A stretch of DNA of 64,000 nucleotides, taken from contig JAUCBJ010006043.1 of NCBI GenBank assembly GCA_032718475.1, forward strand, positions 1,759 to 65,758. The letters run 5' to 3'. The position numbers and the translations under genes were made by a program. The notes under the pieces were generated by a model. That model saw only the letters and a list, made by a program, of their open reading frames with translations. It made no database searches and was not told where the DNA came from. Below are positions 36,031 through 49,366 of the stretch, one piece after another. Positions within the stretch are counted from its first letter, which is position 1; every line of letters starts with the position of its first letter. Origin of the DNA: Nemertoderma westbladi. Lineage: Eukaryota; Animalia; Xenacoelomorpha.

Positions 36031-36041
36031 TGGCGCCCGAT
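36031..36041 (+). promoter_or_regulatory. tRNA-Lys-type primer-binding site of the nested element
   Basis: TGGCGCCCGA directly after the 5' LTR. Confidence 0.85.
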
Positions 36042-36252
36042 ATAAATTTAAATAACTGTATTCAATATTTTAATTAACTGAGATATTATAATTGAATTAT
36101 TTTAATGGAAAATAATTAACTATAATGGATCTGTAATGGAACAGAGGAGATTTGACTCTGACAAACATGAGAAACGGGAACTGACGTCAATCAAGAGTGT
36201 TAAGCATAAGGTGAGTCACAAATAGAGTGTTACATGTGTCAACATCGATTCA

Positions 36253-39200
36253 ATGGCAACTAAATTACGCAATAAGCGTGCTGGAATCAAAAGTTACTTG
36301 AAACAGTTGATGGCAAAAAAGTATGAGGAATTGTCTAGCATCGATGTTGAAGCAGCGTTAGAGTCAACTCAAAAACGGTTACAAATAATTTTAGACCTAG
36401 ATGATGAGATATTGAGTGAAATAGATGAAGATCTAGTAGAAGAGGAAACTTTAAAAAATTCAAACTATGTACTGAATGTTGAGTATTTCATTGTCTATCT
36501 AAAAAATATTCTAGGTATTGGTTTAAAATCCAAACCATTCACAAGTAGTCCCGCCATTATTGGTGGAGATTCTGAAGTCAATACAACGAAACGTGTTACT
36601 AAGTTACCAAAGTTAGAGTTAAAGAAATTCAATGGAAAAATTACCGAATGGCAAGGCTTTATAGAGAGTTTTGATTCTGCAATTGGTACAAATAATTCTT
36701 TAAATGGAGTGGATAAATTCAATTATTTAAAAACTCTTTTAGAAGGCCCAGCTTTATCGGCAATCCAAGGATTATCTTTATCAGAAGATAATTATCACGT
36801 TGCACTAACCACTCTTAGAAATCGCTATGGTCAAACAGAAGTAATAGTGAATGCACATTTGGAATTAATTGTTAATTACCCAAGATTTTTCAATTGTGAT
36901 GACGCAAAGAAATTTCGTGCGTTTTATGATTTTTTAAATATGCATGTTTTACAACTTGAATCATTAGGAATTTCGTGCGAAAACTATGAATTGGTAATTT
37001 TTCAAAAGATCATGACAAAATTACCAGACGACATTAAATTAAAAATGGGTCGAGATTTAGAATCAAAGACAGATATCAATTTACTTTTAAAACATTTAGA
37101 ACAAGAGGTAATATTAAGAGAGAGATTGAGTGCATATGCAGAAATGTCGAGAACTGGATCAACTACAAAAGACAAGGAAACGAGTAAAACTTCAATCCAC
37201 ACAAATAACACTGCTGGCACTTACCACAATGAGTCAATTAATCAAATTTCAACAATAGCAGCAACAATGAGACCCCCCCAGCATCAAAGTTTTTATCCGA
37301 GTTCCAAGTATTCCAAATCAAATTTGTGTTGTGTATTGTCACGGGAGTCATTATGCTGATTTATGTGATGTATTTACAAATGTAGAATCGCGTACAGTAC
37401 ATCTACGTAAAGAAGGTCGGTGCTTTAATTGTTTAAGAAAGGACCACGATGCTACAAATTGTATTTCTAAAAAGTGCTGTTACTTTTGCAAGAAACATCA
37501 CCATTCGTCATTGTGCTATAAACATTTTAGAACACAAAAACCAGCTGAGAGTAGCATGTGTAATAGAGATCAAATTCAAAAACCCAAATTGGAAGCAGGT
37601 AAGAAAGCTGAGAATAAAATAAATTCAGGAAATACAACGTCACAGCTGCTAATTCCTAATGCAAGCAACTCAAACTCAAATGCGATGTCAATTATTCTAC
37701 AATTAGCTCGAGGTAATATATCGAATGACGATGATATCTCTAATGTTCAAAAAGTAAATAGATTTTTTGACAAAGGCAGCCAACGAAGTTTTATATCAAC
37801 GAAATTGGCCAATAATTTATCCTGTACTGTAATTGGTAAAGAAAATATTGAAGTTAATTCATTTGGAGATAAAATAGTTGAAATATCATGTCCTATTGTT
37901 GAACTTTATTTATTTGGAAAAAATGGTGAAAAGCTACATTTAAGTGCATTAGTATATGACAAAATATGTGGTTCTATCCATGCTGATGAAGTTGAAATAA
38001 ACAGATATAACCATTTACGAGATTTAGATGTTGCATACCCTATTGAAGGAGGTGTGTTCAATGTTGATATATTAGTAGGACTCGATCACTATTGGAAAAT
38101 CGTACAGGATGACATTTTAAAGGGAGATGGAGGTCCTATAGCAATGAGTAGCATAATAGGTTGGTTAATATCAGGTCCAAAATCAACCGAACCAATATTA
38201 AATATAGAAGAGAATGAGTTCAATGAGACAAGTTCAACTCACAACTTGTTGTGTTCCATTGATTCAACTGAGTCACAAATTCAAATTATTGGTTCAAACT
38301 TAAATGTGGAAGAGAAATCAAATTCAATGGTGGATGAGTTCCAACAATTTTGGGAGACCAGCATCAATAAAGATTCTGAATCAGATTCTAGTATTATAAT
38401 TCAAGAGTTAACAAATTCAGCAAAATATGACGAGACAAATAAACGATGGACTGTTGCAATACCATGGAAAGATAATATTCATAAGCTTTTAGATAATTAT
38501 GGATTAGCAAAGAAAAGACTCATAACATTACTCAAAAAGTTAAATACCGATCCAAAGTTATTCAAAATGTATAAGGATACATTAGAAGAACATATACGGC
38601 TAAATATGATTGAGGTCATTCCACATAATGAGATCTATTCAACCAAAAATATCGTATATTACATACCTCACTTTGGAGTCCTTGACGAAACGCGTTTAAC
38701 AACAAAACTCCGTGTTGTTATGAATGCATCACAGAATGATAAGAATGGTCTTTCATTAAATAAGTGTATTTATAATGGGCCAAATCTCTTACCACTTATT
38801 ATAGATATGCTTCTGAGATTAAGATCCTACAAAATAGCAATTGTAGCGGATATTGCAAAAGCCTTTTTGCAAGTAGCAGTGAATAAAGAACAATGTGACA
38901 CCTTGCGTATACTTTGGATTGATGACTCGGGAAATATTATACATCTTCGCTACGTGAGGTTGGTGATGGGAGTCGGATCAAGTTCATTCTGTTTGAATGC
39001 CATTATTAAGATTCACATTGAGAAATTCAAACACCTTGCACCTGATTTCATTAAAAAATTGCTTCGTGACATCTATGTTGATGACTTAACAACAGGGGAG
39101 AACACAGTGGAATCAGCAATTCAATTATATAATCAATCAAAACAAATAATGTCAGAGGGTAATTTTGAACTGAGAAAATGGAAGAGTAATGACCCTGCTG

Positions 39201-41745
39201 TTATGGCACATATAAATAATGTAGAACAATTTGAGCCACAACCACGAGAGGATTTCAATGATAGTTATGCAAAAGCAACATTGGGACCATCTGCAAGCTC
39301 TGAAATTAACAACACCACGAAAGTTCTTGGATTAACATGGAAATATGATGTAGATAAATTCATGTTTCATATTTCAAACCTACCGCACCAACTAGATGCA
39401 ACCAAGAGGAACTTACTCAAATTTTCGGCACACATATATGATCCCTTGGGAATATTGAGCCCATTTACTATTCAGATCAAAATACTATTTCAAGAACTAT
39501 GTATTTCTAAAATAGATTGGGATGTTCAATTGGAAGGTCAACATTTCAATAAATATAAGAAATTCTACTCCGACTTAAGATTTTTAAAAAAATGATGAAT
39601 TCTTATTTCCCCGATATTGTCTAAGCCCTCACCATAATGACAGTATATCTCAAGTAACTTTGCATATATTTGGGGATGCTTCAGCGAAAGCATTTGCAAC
39701 AGCAGTTTACATTAGAACAGAAACTAATAACGAGGTTGAAGTCAATTTATTGGCTGCTAAAAGTAAAGTTGCCCCTATACAGAAAACAAAAAACAACTTC
39801 ACCTGCACTCCACGTCTTGAGCTGCTCGCAGCAGTTCTTTGTATAGATATCCATAATATTATTATCAATGCATATAATAACGTATTAAAAATTTTCAAAG
39901 TCTACTTCTGGTCCGACAATCGGACAGTTTTATGTTGGATAAAGAATGATACTGACTATGTGGCTTTTGTTCAAAATCGAGTTTCCAAGATCAGACATTT
40001 CTCAAACCCATCACAATGGAACCACTGTCCTGGATGTGAGAATCCGGCTGATCCCCCATCAAGAGGTACTTGCGCCAAAGAGTTACTTTCACATCCCATT
40101 TGGCTTAATGGTCCAAAATGGTTAGCTTCACCAGAAAAGTTCTGGCCACATTCAAATGAGGAGGGAATGCTAACCGAAGATTATTATAAAGAGGTAAAAA
40201 AGAAAACAAACTTTCCAGTTTGTATAGTATCAGTATCAAACAAACAACCAATTTTTGATGTAACAAGATACTCAACATTAAACAAAGTGATTCGTATTAC
40301 ACATATTATATTTAAATTCCTACAAAATGTGAGTTCATCCAAGTGTTGTCCAACATTAACATCAATAAGTCTCTCTCCAGAACAATATTGGATTAAAATT
40401 ATACAAGAAGAACATTTCCCCCACGAATTGGAATATCTCCATTCTAAAAGTGGATCGTGTCCGCAGAAGGTACATCAATTGGGTTTAGAACTAGATTCCC
40501 ATGGAATAATAACTTGCAAAACGAGATTAGAGAGTGCCGACTTACCTTATGCCATGAAACATCCAATATTGTTACCTAGAGCAAAAGATTCTTATTTTAC
40601 TAAACTACTAATTGAACAAATACATGTAGATGTATTACATGCTGGGACATCTGGAACGTTAAGCCATACTAGAGAACAATTCTGGATTCTCGAGGGTAGA
40701 CGAAGTGTGAGGAGCTCAATATCAAATTGCAAGCATTGCAAAAAAATAGTTGGAAAATCATACCCCACTCCACTTCTTCCTCCACTTCCAATCGAGAGGA
40801 TATCTGAATGTTTACCTTTTATATGTACTGGTGTTGATTTTGCTGGTCCCTTAAATGTCAAGCGAACCAGCAACAGGGGAGAAAATGGAGTTATAGAAAA
40901 ATATAAAGCATGGATTTCGATATTCACCTGCGCAAGTACACGTGCAGTTCACCTTGAAGTTGCTGAGGATCTAACTGGAGAAGGATTTTTAAGTTGTTTT
41001 CGTCGATTTGTTGCTCGAAGGTCTTGGCCAGAACAAATGTGGTCAGACAATGGATCAAATTTCAAAAGTAACACTGTCAAGAAATTTATGGAAAAACACA
41101 ACATTAGATTCGAGCACATTGTCGAGAAAGCCCCTTGGTGGGGTGGACTGTGGGAACGAATAGTAAAGATGATAAAAGAGAATTTACAAAAAGTGTTGGG
41201 ACGCTCATTACTAACATTGATTGAGTTAATAACAGTTTTATCAGAAATTGAAAGTATACTGAATGATAGACCACTTACATATGTTGATTCCGATCTACAT
41301 AGTCCAACAATATTAACCCCATCTCATATTTTAGTTGGAAAAAGGAATTTCACTAAACCTATCGTTGTGTCTACTACTGAAAGCATACCTGATAGTACCC
41401 AGAAACAAGTACAACAACGCTGGGAGTACATATCTAAATTGCGTAGAAACTTCCAGAAGAATTTCCGAATGACATATTTAACTAGCCTGAGAGAACGTTT
41501 TTGGCCACGATATCAACTGTCGGGTCCAAAGATCGCCAAAGATGATGTTGTACTTATAGAGAATGAAGATGTATCAAACAGAGCGTTGGCGTTTGGGAAT
41601 TATAGACGACCTAATAGAAAGCCGTGATAAAGTGGTTAGAGCGGCAAATGTAAGAACTATTACTCAAGGAAAGTTGCCTAAACCGATATATATAAAGCGG
41701 CCGATTCAAGCCCTATATCCATTGGAGATTAACTGTAATGATTAG
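36253..41745 (+). pseudogene. pol: gag-pol of the nested BEL, three frameshifts
   Basis: LPKLELKKFNG; CCHC knuckles; DKGSQRS protease; YVDD; FGDAS; VDFAGP/SDNG/WERIV integrase; frameshifts at ~37330, ~39590 and ~41575. Confidence 0.92.
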
Positions 41746-42402
41746 ATTTATTAAATTGTCTAATTAGAAATGTTAATTATTGAACTAAGTGTAAAATTAA
41801 CTATTTGTGGGATTCGTAATATTCATACTATATCATATGGTTTTGTTCTAAGTTTTATAATTAAAACAAGGTTTAATTAAGAATTTTAACTTGAGATTTA
41901 TAGTGAAGTGAAGTTTAAGATCTCAAACTGCACTACATAATACGTAAGTTACATTAATTGTATTAACATTTGCGTTAAATTGAAGCTATTCGTATCATTT
42001 ATGTGAGCATGTAAATATTGTATATTATTATTTTTTAGTATTTTGGTGACAGTTATCAATATAGTGATACGAATTGATTTTACATATTGTGTTTCAAAAG
42101 TAAATAAACTTACATAATACAGTTTACAGGGGAGTATAGCGTACTCATGGTTTTAGAGAATACTATAGTGATTCAATGTATTAAAGATTCCACTAGGTGG
42201 TGTTAGCGATGTAAAAGTTTGATTCTTTGCCAAGTTGTGTAGTATTTATTCAATGGTATATTGTTTTTTCTATTGTTGTTGTGGAGTTAACCTATTGCAA
42301 GTATTCAATATGTAAGTTAATTAAATTGTTTTCAAGCTAATAAATTTATCATTTTATTTTATACATAATTTGTGATCAAAGAGATAAGATCACTAAAATC
42401 CC

Positions 42403-45400
42403 AGATGTGGACGTTAGGAAGGTATCCATCATAGTAGGAATGGACTGCCCAACGGCCCACGAAAGAATGCAAACGGTCTTCGGCGAAGACAAGCAGTGTG
42501 ACCCGGTGGCGATATTAACACCATTCGGGTGGACGATGAGTGGCCCAATCAAGAGCAAGATACCGTTTAGGATGTCGGAGACATCAGGATGCATGTTCGC
42601 GGGAACAATGCAGGAAATGAGTGATGAGAGAGCAGAAGAGCAACTTAAAAGACTGCTCAGACAGGATTTTGAAGGATTAAAGGAGACCGGGGTCGGGACC
42701 TCGGTAGAAGACAAGCAGGCTTTACAAAGTGTGGAGGAATCGATGACATGCGATGAGGGGCGGTACACCATAGGAATGGTGTGGAAACTACCGAAGTTAC
42801 CACTGCCCGATAATAGAGGGATGGTACTCACGAGACTCCGCAAGCTGAAACAAACACTAAAACGGAGCCCCGAGAAGAATGAGTACATCCACAGAACAAT
42901 TAAGAAGTACGTCGAGAAAGGATGGGCCGTGGAGTTACCGGTCGACGAGCCGAACACGGACAGGACATATTACCTGCCACTCCACGTGGCTTTAGACCCA
43001 AAGAAAGGTAAACTGCGGGTGGTAGTTGACGCATCGGCAAAGACCAACGGAAAATGCTTAAACGACTATCTGTTAGAAGGTCCAAACATATATAACTCGG
43101 GCATAGAGGTCCTACTTAGATTTAGGAATGGGAAACACGCCTTCACGTGTGACATAGAAGGCATGTTCAACCAAGTCCGTGTAACGGAGGAAGATAGCGA
43201 CAGTCAACGCTTCTTATGGTATAACAGCGAGGAAGAACCGTCGATAATACCGGCATATAAGATGGTAGTACAAAACATGGGAGCCAAGTCGTCTTCATTT
43301 ACGACGACTATGGCAGTGAGAGATACAGTGAAGGGGAAGGAAGATAGATACAGCACTAGGGCCGTCGATATGATTCGACGCGGCTTCTACGTAGACGACG
43401 GAATGGAGTCTGGAAATACGGTTAAAGAGATACTGGACACAGGGCGCGAGGTTCGCGACATCCTAAAAGGATCCGGCTTTAACCTGACCAAATTCCAATC
43501 CAGTTCGGAAGAATTTATCAAGGCGATAGAGGACAAGAGACCAGAATCGACCATGGATAATCCCACAACAGCCAAAGGGCAGGACATGGCGAACAAGAGA
43601 ACAGAATCTCAACAGAAGGCATTGGGAATCGTGTGGAACAGGGAGACAGACGAACTGAAGTATCAGCTGAGCCAGGAGGGCGCAGACATCCACACGAAGA
43701 GGGGCTATGTATCGTATATAGCAAGGATATACGATCCCCTAGGCCTAGCATCCCCATTATTAGTCACGGGGAAACAGATACTCAAGAGAGTATACAAATT
43801 GAAGGATGAGTGGGACGTAGAGGTACCAGAGGAAATCAAGAAACAGTGGAGTAAGTGGACAGGAGACTTGGAGAAGATGGGAACATACAACATGCCACGA
43901 GTGTATTTCCCGGATGGGAACATGACGAATCTGGACCTACACATGTTCTCCGATGCGTCGTTGGAGGCGTACGGAGCGGCACTCTATTTAGTACAACGAG
44001 AGGGGGCTCATAAGCCCAGACTGGCCTTTAGCAAAGCAAAGTCAACGCCGCCAGATTCAGCATCAGTTCCCAAGTTAGAATTGACAGCTGCGAGACTAGG
44101 AGTTAGAGCCACAGCCTACCTAGTGGATACTATTCCCAACATAGTGGAGACACACTACTGGACGGACTCCATGGTAGTGCTTGGTTGGCTACATAACGAA
44201 AGGACGAGATACCCAATATTCGTCGCGAATAGAGTGGACGAAATAAGGGTGACGACAGAGCTAGGAAGGTGGCACTACTGCCCTACGGACGAGAACCCAG
44301 CGGACTTGTTATCGAGGGGCATGGCACGCCACACTTTCTTGAAGAAGGAAGTATTGTGGCAACACGGGCCACAATTTCTGAGCGATAAGGAGGCCTGGCC
44401 GCCGATGAGAAAGGTGGACCCGGGCTCAGAAGTAGTGTCAGAAGGAGAAGAGGCAGATTCAGAGGGAGAAGAGATATACTCCCAGATGGTGAGGGAGATA
44501 AGGGACGTGCAACCTAGACCAGAAGAACTGTGCGATAACCCGACGGATAAACTCCTCAGCTACAGCTCTAGTTGGTATAAGACCAAGAAATTAGTGGCGT
44601 ACTGGAGAGCCTTCGGGAATTTCCTCGCGGGAGTCGGCAAAGACAAGAAGATCAGGACATCCATAGTTCTGGAAGGAGCGGCCAAGGCAGTCATCCGCTA
44701 TGAACAACGGAAGAACTATGGCGACGAGGTGGAACGCGTCGGTAAGCAACAGCATCTTCGACGGGACAGCGAGCTGATCACGCTGTCACCACAACTTAAT
44801 GATGACGGGATTCTAGTAATGAACTCTAGTGTGGGATACAACAATAGCATCGTGGTACCACCGAAGCCCATCATCATCCCTACAGGATCGCCGATAGTCC
44901 ACCAGATTATCTGGGACTCCCATAAGTCAATATTGCACGGAGGCACCAACCGAACCCTCACGGAGATAAGGAGGACCTTTTGGGTCAAACAGTTGAGGAA
45001 GAAGGTAAAAGCGGTAGTGGGGCAGTGCCAGACCTGCCGACAAGCGAAGAAGGAGAGAGCCATACAAGAGATGGCACCACTACCAGCGAGTAGAGTAAGA
45101 CAGCACGACCCGCCATTTACGCATTGCGGTGTGGACATGTTCGGGCCGATAAAGATCAAAGTGATGCGACACACGGAGAAACGCTATGGCATTATCTTCG
45201 TATGCAACAACACACGGGCAGTAGGGATAGAACTCACCCAAGATGCAACCGCATCAGCATTCATTAATGCTTTAGAAAGGTTTAGAGACCGCAAAGGTGG
45301 GACGATCGCAGTGATATACAGCGACAATGGCACCAATTTTGTGGGGGCAGAGAACGAGATGGCAGAGGCCTTGGATATCCTGGAAGGAGAAGAAGTCAGG

Positions 45401-46030
45401 GCAGCCATGAGGCGACGACAAGTAAAGTGGGAGAGAAGGACGCCGTATGCACCACATACACTAGGGTGCGTCGAGAGACTGGTGGGCAGTTCGAAGCGTC
45501 TTATGACGAAATTAATGAACACCCATATGGTCACAGAGGACGTCTTGAGAACAGTATTAGCGAAGTGTGAGGATATCATTAATAGCAGACCACTATATCC
45601 GGAGAATGATGACCCTGAGTCACTAGACGTGCTGACGCCTAGCCATTTTCTAATGGAAAGACCAGCGACCATCGATATGCGGGGTGTAGATCCAGACGAC
45701 ATACACTCCCGCCAAAGTTGGAAAGTCGCTAAAGCAATAAGCGCAGAGTATTGGAGGAGGTGGGTAGAAGAATACCTACCCACGCTCCATAAAAGAAGCA
45801 AGTGGAGGAAGCCGAATAGGGAGTTAAGAGTAGGAGATCTCGTAATCGTTACGGATGATACTATCATCAACAACCAGTGGCGGTTGGCGAGAGTTGTAGG
45901 CACTTACTCCGATGAGGACGGAAGAGTCCGATCGGTAGAAGTGCGGATAGGTGGTAAGATAGGTGCGAAGGACAGAAAAACCTACAGGAGAGCTGTAGGG
46001 AAATGCTGTCTGTTAGAAGGGGCACCTTAG
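42403..46030 (+). CDS. pol: E2 pol (RT, RNase H, integrase), open frame
   Basis: LRVVVDAS, DIEGMF, YVDD, FSDAS, NPADLLSRG, HHCC, VDMFGP, SDNGTNF, VERLV, VGDLV. Confidence 0.95.
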
Positions 46031-46149
46031 TGGAGTTAGAGAAGAGTTTAGTCGTCCAAGCTTTGGACTGAGGGGGGTGGGATTGAGGGCGAGACGCCCT
46101 TCCCACACAAAAAAAAAATAGAAAATAAAAATAAAATAATAGTACATAG

Positions 46150-46645
46150 TAGGTACGCAGTTAGTAGGCAGAAGTTAGTCAGTAAGAAGGTACGTAGTAC
46201 CTAGAGTACGTAGTTAAGAGGTACGTAGTACCTAGAGTTAGTTAGTTAGTTAGGAGGTACGTAGTACCGTTAGTTAGGAGAGAGTTAAAGGGTACGTAGT
46301 ACCGCTAGTTAGGAGAGAGTTAGAAGGTACATAGTACCGTGAGTTAGAGGGTACGTAGTACCGTTAGTTAGAGAGTTAGAGGGTACGTAGTACCGCTAGT
46401 TAGAGAGTTAGAGGGTACGTAGTACCGCTAGTTAGAGAGTTAGAGGGTACGTAGTACCGTTAGTTAGAGAGTTAGAGGGTACGTAGTACCGTTAGTTAGA
46501 GAGTTAGAGGGTACGTAGTACCGTTAGTTAGAGAGCAGTGAGAGGGTACGTAGTACCGTTAGTTAGAGAAGAGTTAGAGGGTACGTAGTACCATTAGTTA
46601 GTTAAAGAGAGCAAGAGTTAGTTAGAAAGTACGTAGTACTAGTTA
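46150..46645 (+). repeat. ~32-bp tandem array with GGTAC-GTA-GTACC hairpin, about 15 copies
   Basis: Unit GGGTACGTAGTACCGTTAGTTAGAGAGTTAGA, between pol and the accessory ORF. Confidence 0.9.
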
Positions 46646-47025
46646 GTGAGAGATAGAGATAGAGGTAGTAGGGTATATAAAAGATATAGATATTAGTTAG
46701 CAGTTAGTAGCGAGAGGGGGGCATATGAGTACAGCTGGGTAAATCGTGTGGCCACGCGACGCATACTGCTGTACTGCACAGGCCCACAGAGTAGGCCAGA
46801 ATGTGGATTAGGAGATAGAATAATCCATAGGCAGTAGCAAGTAATAGGAAACAGTAAGGTAGTAGGATTAAAATCAGATCAAAACAAATAGGATAGATAG
46901 GGCTAAGAAGGGGAACAAATTATGGTAACAGTAATAAGAAAATATAGGCTATTTAACTCAGAAATTCAGAAAGAGATAGGCCATCGAACTGAACTTAAAC
47001 CACCTAAACCCATCACTCATCACGT

Positions 47026-47973
47026 TTGCGCCTTGGCAAGGCACCACCTACTGGTGAGCGATCGGGCAGAGTTCGAGATGGCAGGCAAACTAGATGGGAG
47101 AGGAGAGAAGCAGAAGAGAGGGAGGAGGAAGCTAGGGCGCAGAGCTACGGCTTTGAGGAACAAACGACCTTAGACGAACTTCGTTGGGCTTCGTCAGGGA
47201 GTTCGGGGGAGTCTCTAGGGAAAGAACTGGGGTGGACGGTGGGATCACTGAGACAGTCGACGTCGGGATTGCAAGCGATGCCCATACCAGCGGGCGCCGA
47301 GGGCGATCAACCGCAAAGGAAGCTAGGGGAGCTTGAGGAATGGAGAGTTACGGGCAAGAACCAAGGTGGGAAGGGACATAGTGGGTCCACCGAGATACCG
47401 GGGTTGGGACCACTGCGAGAGGAGGACGAGGACGACGACGAGTTCGGAGAGATGCCGCCCATCGAGAGGATAGGCCACTCGGACACGGACTGGGTTGGCG
47501 GGAGGGTGGTGACGGCCAGTGGGGCGAGAGCCTTCTGGGACAAACCCGGCAAGCGGGCCTGGGTGCACGAGGGGCCGGCGATGGATTTCGCCGGGAGCAC
47601 TATCAGGTTGGGCAAGCAACCGGGGACGGCACCACGGGTAGTATTCGGAGAGACGATGCCCGGGAGGGGCGAGGAGATCGACGTAGACAGGGACGCTAAC
47701 GTCCAGAAGTTCGCCTATCAGCGACTCCACAGACCGCGGAGATCGCTTGGGATGAAAGACGACGTGGGGCGGGAGACATTGGTACTCGGTTGCGACTACT
47801 GTGGGAGACAGACCCACCAGGAAAGGAGCTGTTTGTACCGGTTCCAGAAAGGGACCAGCTGTCTCTACTGCCACGAGACGAGCCACAGGATGGGAGCGTG
47901 TCCACGGTTGCAGAACCGATGTCCGAAGTGCAACTTTCGGGGACACCACGGACGCCAAGGAGGGATGGACTGA
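47026..47973 (+). CDS. E2 accessory ORF with three zinc-knuckle motifs (possibly truncated)
   Basis: CDYCGRQTHQERSC and CLYCHETSHRMGACPRLQNRCPKCNFRGH, matching the E1 and E4 accessory motif; start codon uncertain. Confidence 0.7.
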   Translation: MRLGKAPPTGERSGRVRDGRQTRWERREAEEREEEARAQSYGFEEQTTLDELRWASSGSSGESLGKELGWTVGSLRQSTSGLQAMPIPAGAEGDQPQRKLGELEEWRVTGKNQGGKGHSGSTEIPGLGPLREEDEDDDEFGEMPPIERIGHSDTDWVGGRVVTASGARAFWDKPGKRAWVHEGPAMDFAGSTIRLGKQPGTAPRVVFGETMPGRGEEIDVDRDANVQKFAYQRLHRPRRSLGMKDDVGRETLVLGCDYCGRQTHQERSCLYRFQKGTSCLYCHETSHRMGACPRLQNRCPKCNFRGHHGRQGGMD

Positions 47974-48662
47974 GGCTTTGATGTAGTGCGCCTGGAAGGC
48001 GCCACGCGAGACGTGCGAACTATGTACAAATTTAATTAATGTAAATAATCATATAAGTACAATTTGTATGTACGTACGTAGTAATCAGTAATCTACAAAT
48101 ATATACGTTCGGAGTAAGTACTATAGTCATACAACCTTTCTCAATTAGCTACTGGGACTGGGGGGTAAACTGACTATGGCACTATGGACGAGACACCAGA
48201 CGATCTCACACTTCTTGAGTGCGACGGCATGGGAAGGGGGGTGAGATTCGTCAGAAGGGATGAGGTAGTCAAAGTGGGGTTGAGGGATGGAGTAATAGTG
48301 CGGAGTGCGGAGAGAGTGCGGATGCAATTCTAGTGTGGGGGGGAGGAATAAGAGGCTGAGTGAGGGACAAGGAAGTCCGAGAGTTAGAGCGGGAGAGAGG
48401 AGAGTCCATATGAGAGAAGAGTAGAGTCAGGGCGAAAGTGTTGGGGAAACAAAATCGTGTGAGAGGTGAGCACGGTCGGCCCGACATGGGACGCCAGGCG
48501 TACAGGGTAGCATTATCATACCCATAGGGAGCGGCCTGGAAAGCCGGCTCCGAGAGAAAAGAATTCCACCCCACACCCGATACTAGATCGGGATCCAGCG
48601 GGATTGTAGCGCACTTTGAGGTGGATGCTATCTTCTCACCAGGAAGATAGCATGGGGGGGAG

Positions 48663-49191
48663 TGTTAGCTTATTCAATCCCGCTAACACCCCATAAAGTT
48701 AAGCCGATAAGCAATATTGGGGGCCACGAGATTGGGTGATCACCAACTCATGTCACCCCAACAAAATGGGAAGGAGAAACACAATAAGGGTCAGGGGCCA
48801 AACCCCTAACAGAGAGAGAACAGGTGGAGTGAACGGGAACACTCCAAAGGGCGCCAACAAGGGTATCAACCAATCAGAGGGGGGAAAGGCATCGATTAGG
48901 TAGAGTAACAAGGCCAACCCGTGCAATATAGCCAGTTGGCAGTAATCATTTTACTCAGTTATCTCAGTATCATATTGGTGCTAGTTAGGTTAGTTAGTTT
49001 AGCTAGGGAAGGACCGGGACTTTAATTACCGTATCCCGCCTTCCGTGTACGACATCATATATCTATATCTGTATCTTATACCTGAACATTATACGCGACA
49101 AACAACGTAAACCCTTTCACTCTTCACACACGGCGGGGACGCGTGAATTAACAAACCGGATAAACCGGGATCCTCCCTGGATCCCGTCACA
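48663..49191 (+). repeat. E2 3' LTR
   Basis: TGTTAG...GTCACA, preceded by PPT and followed by the TSD. Confidence 0.95.
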
Positions 49192-49267
49192 AACAACCTC
49201 TGATTAAAAGTAAATGACTGTCGTGTAGGTAGTGTACCAATATTCAGTATTCTTAATCATAGAACTT

Positions 49268-49366
49268 AGATAGATAGATAGATAGATTTATTTATACATT
49301 ATGTAAAAACAATAACAAATACACCAAACAATGTACCGGTATAAAGGTATTGTCCAACATAACACA
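49268..49366 (-). repeat. Extreme 3' end of the 4823-6812 LINE family
   Basis: (GATA)n plus ~80 bp near-identical to ~4838-4913. Confidence 0.85.

Larger units (their letters stand above)
35768..42397 (+). mobile_element. Nested canonical BEL/Pao element
   Basis: 263-bp LTRs (35768-36030, 42135-42397; one mismatch seen); ATCCC TSD; PBS TGGCGCCCGA; PPT AGGGGAG. Confidence 0.95.
30105..49191 (+). mobile_element. Full-length BEL/Pao element E2 with accessory ORF (contains a nested BEL)
   Basis: Two 529-bp TGT...ACA LTRs; AACAA TSD (30100-30104, 49192-49196); PPT GGGGGGGAG before the 3' LTR; gag-PR-RT-RH-IN order. Confidence 0.95.

Noticed and set aside
31316-45903. Long antisense ORFs over E2
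   Set aside because: Shadows of purine-rich, repetitive sense coding sequence; no motifs.
46150-46645. CRISPR-like array
   Set aside because: Spacers are short and near-identical, there are no cas genes, and the context is a eukaryotic retrotransposon.
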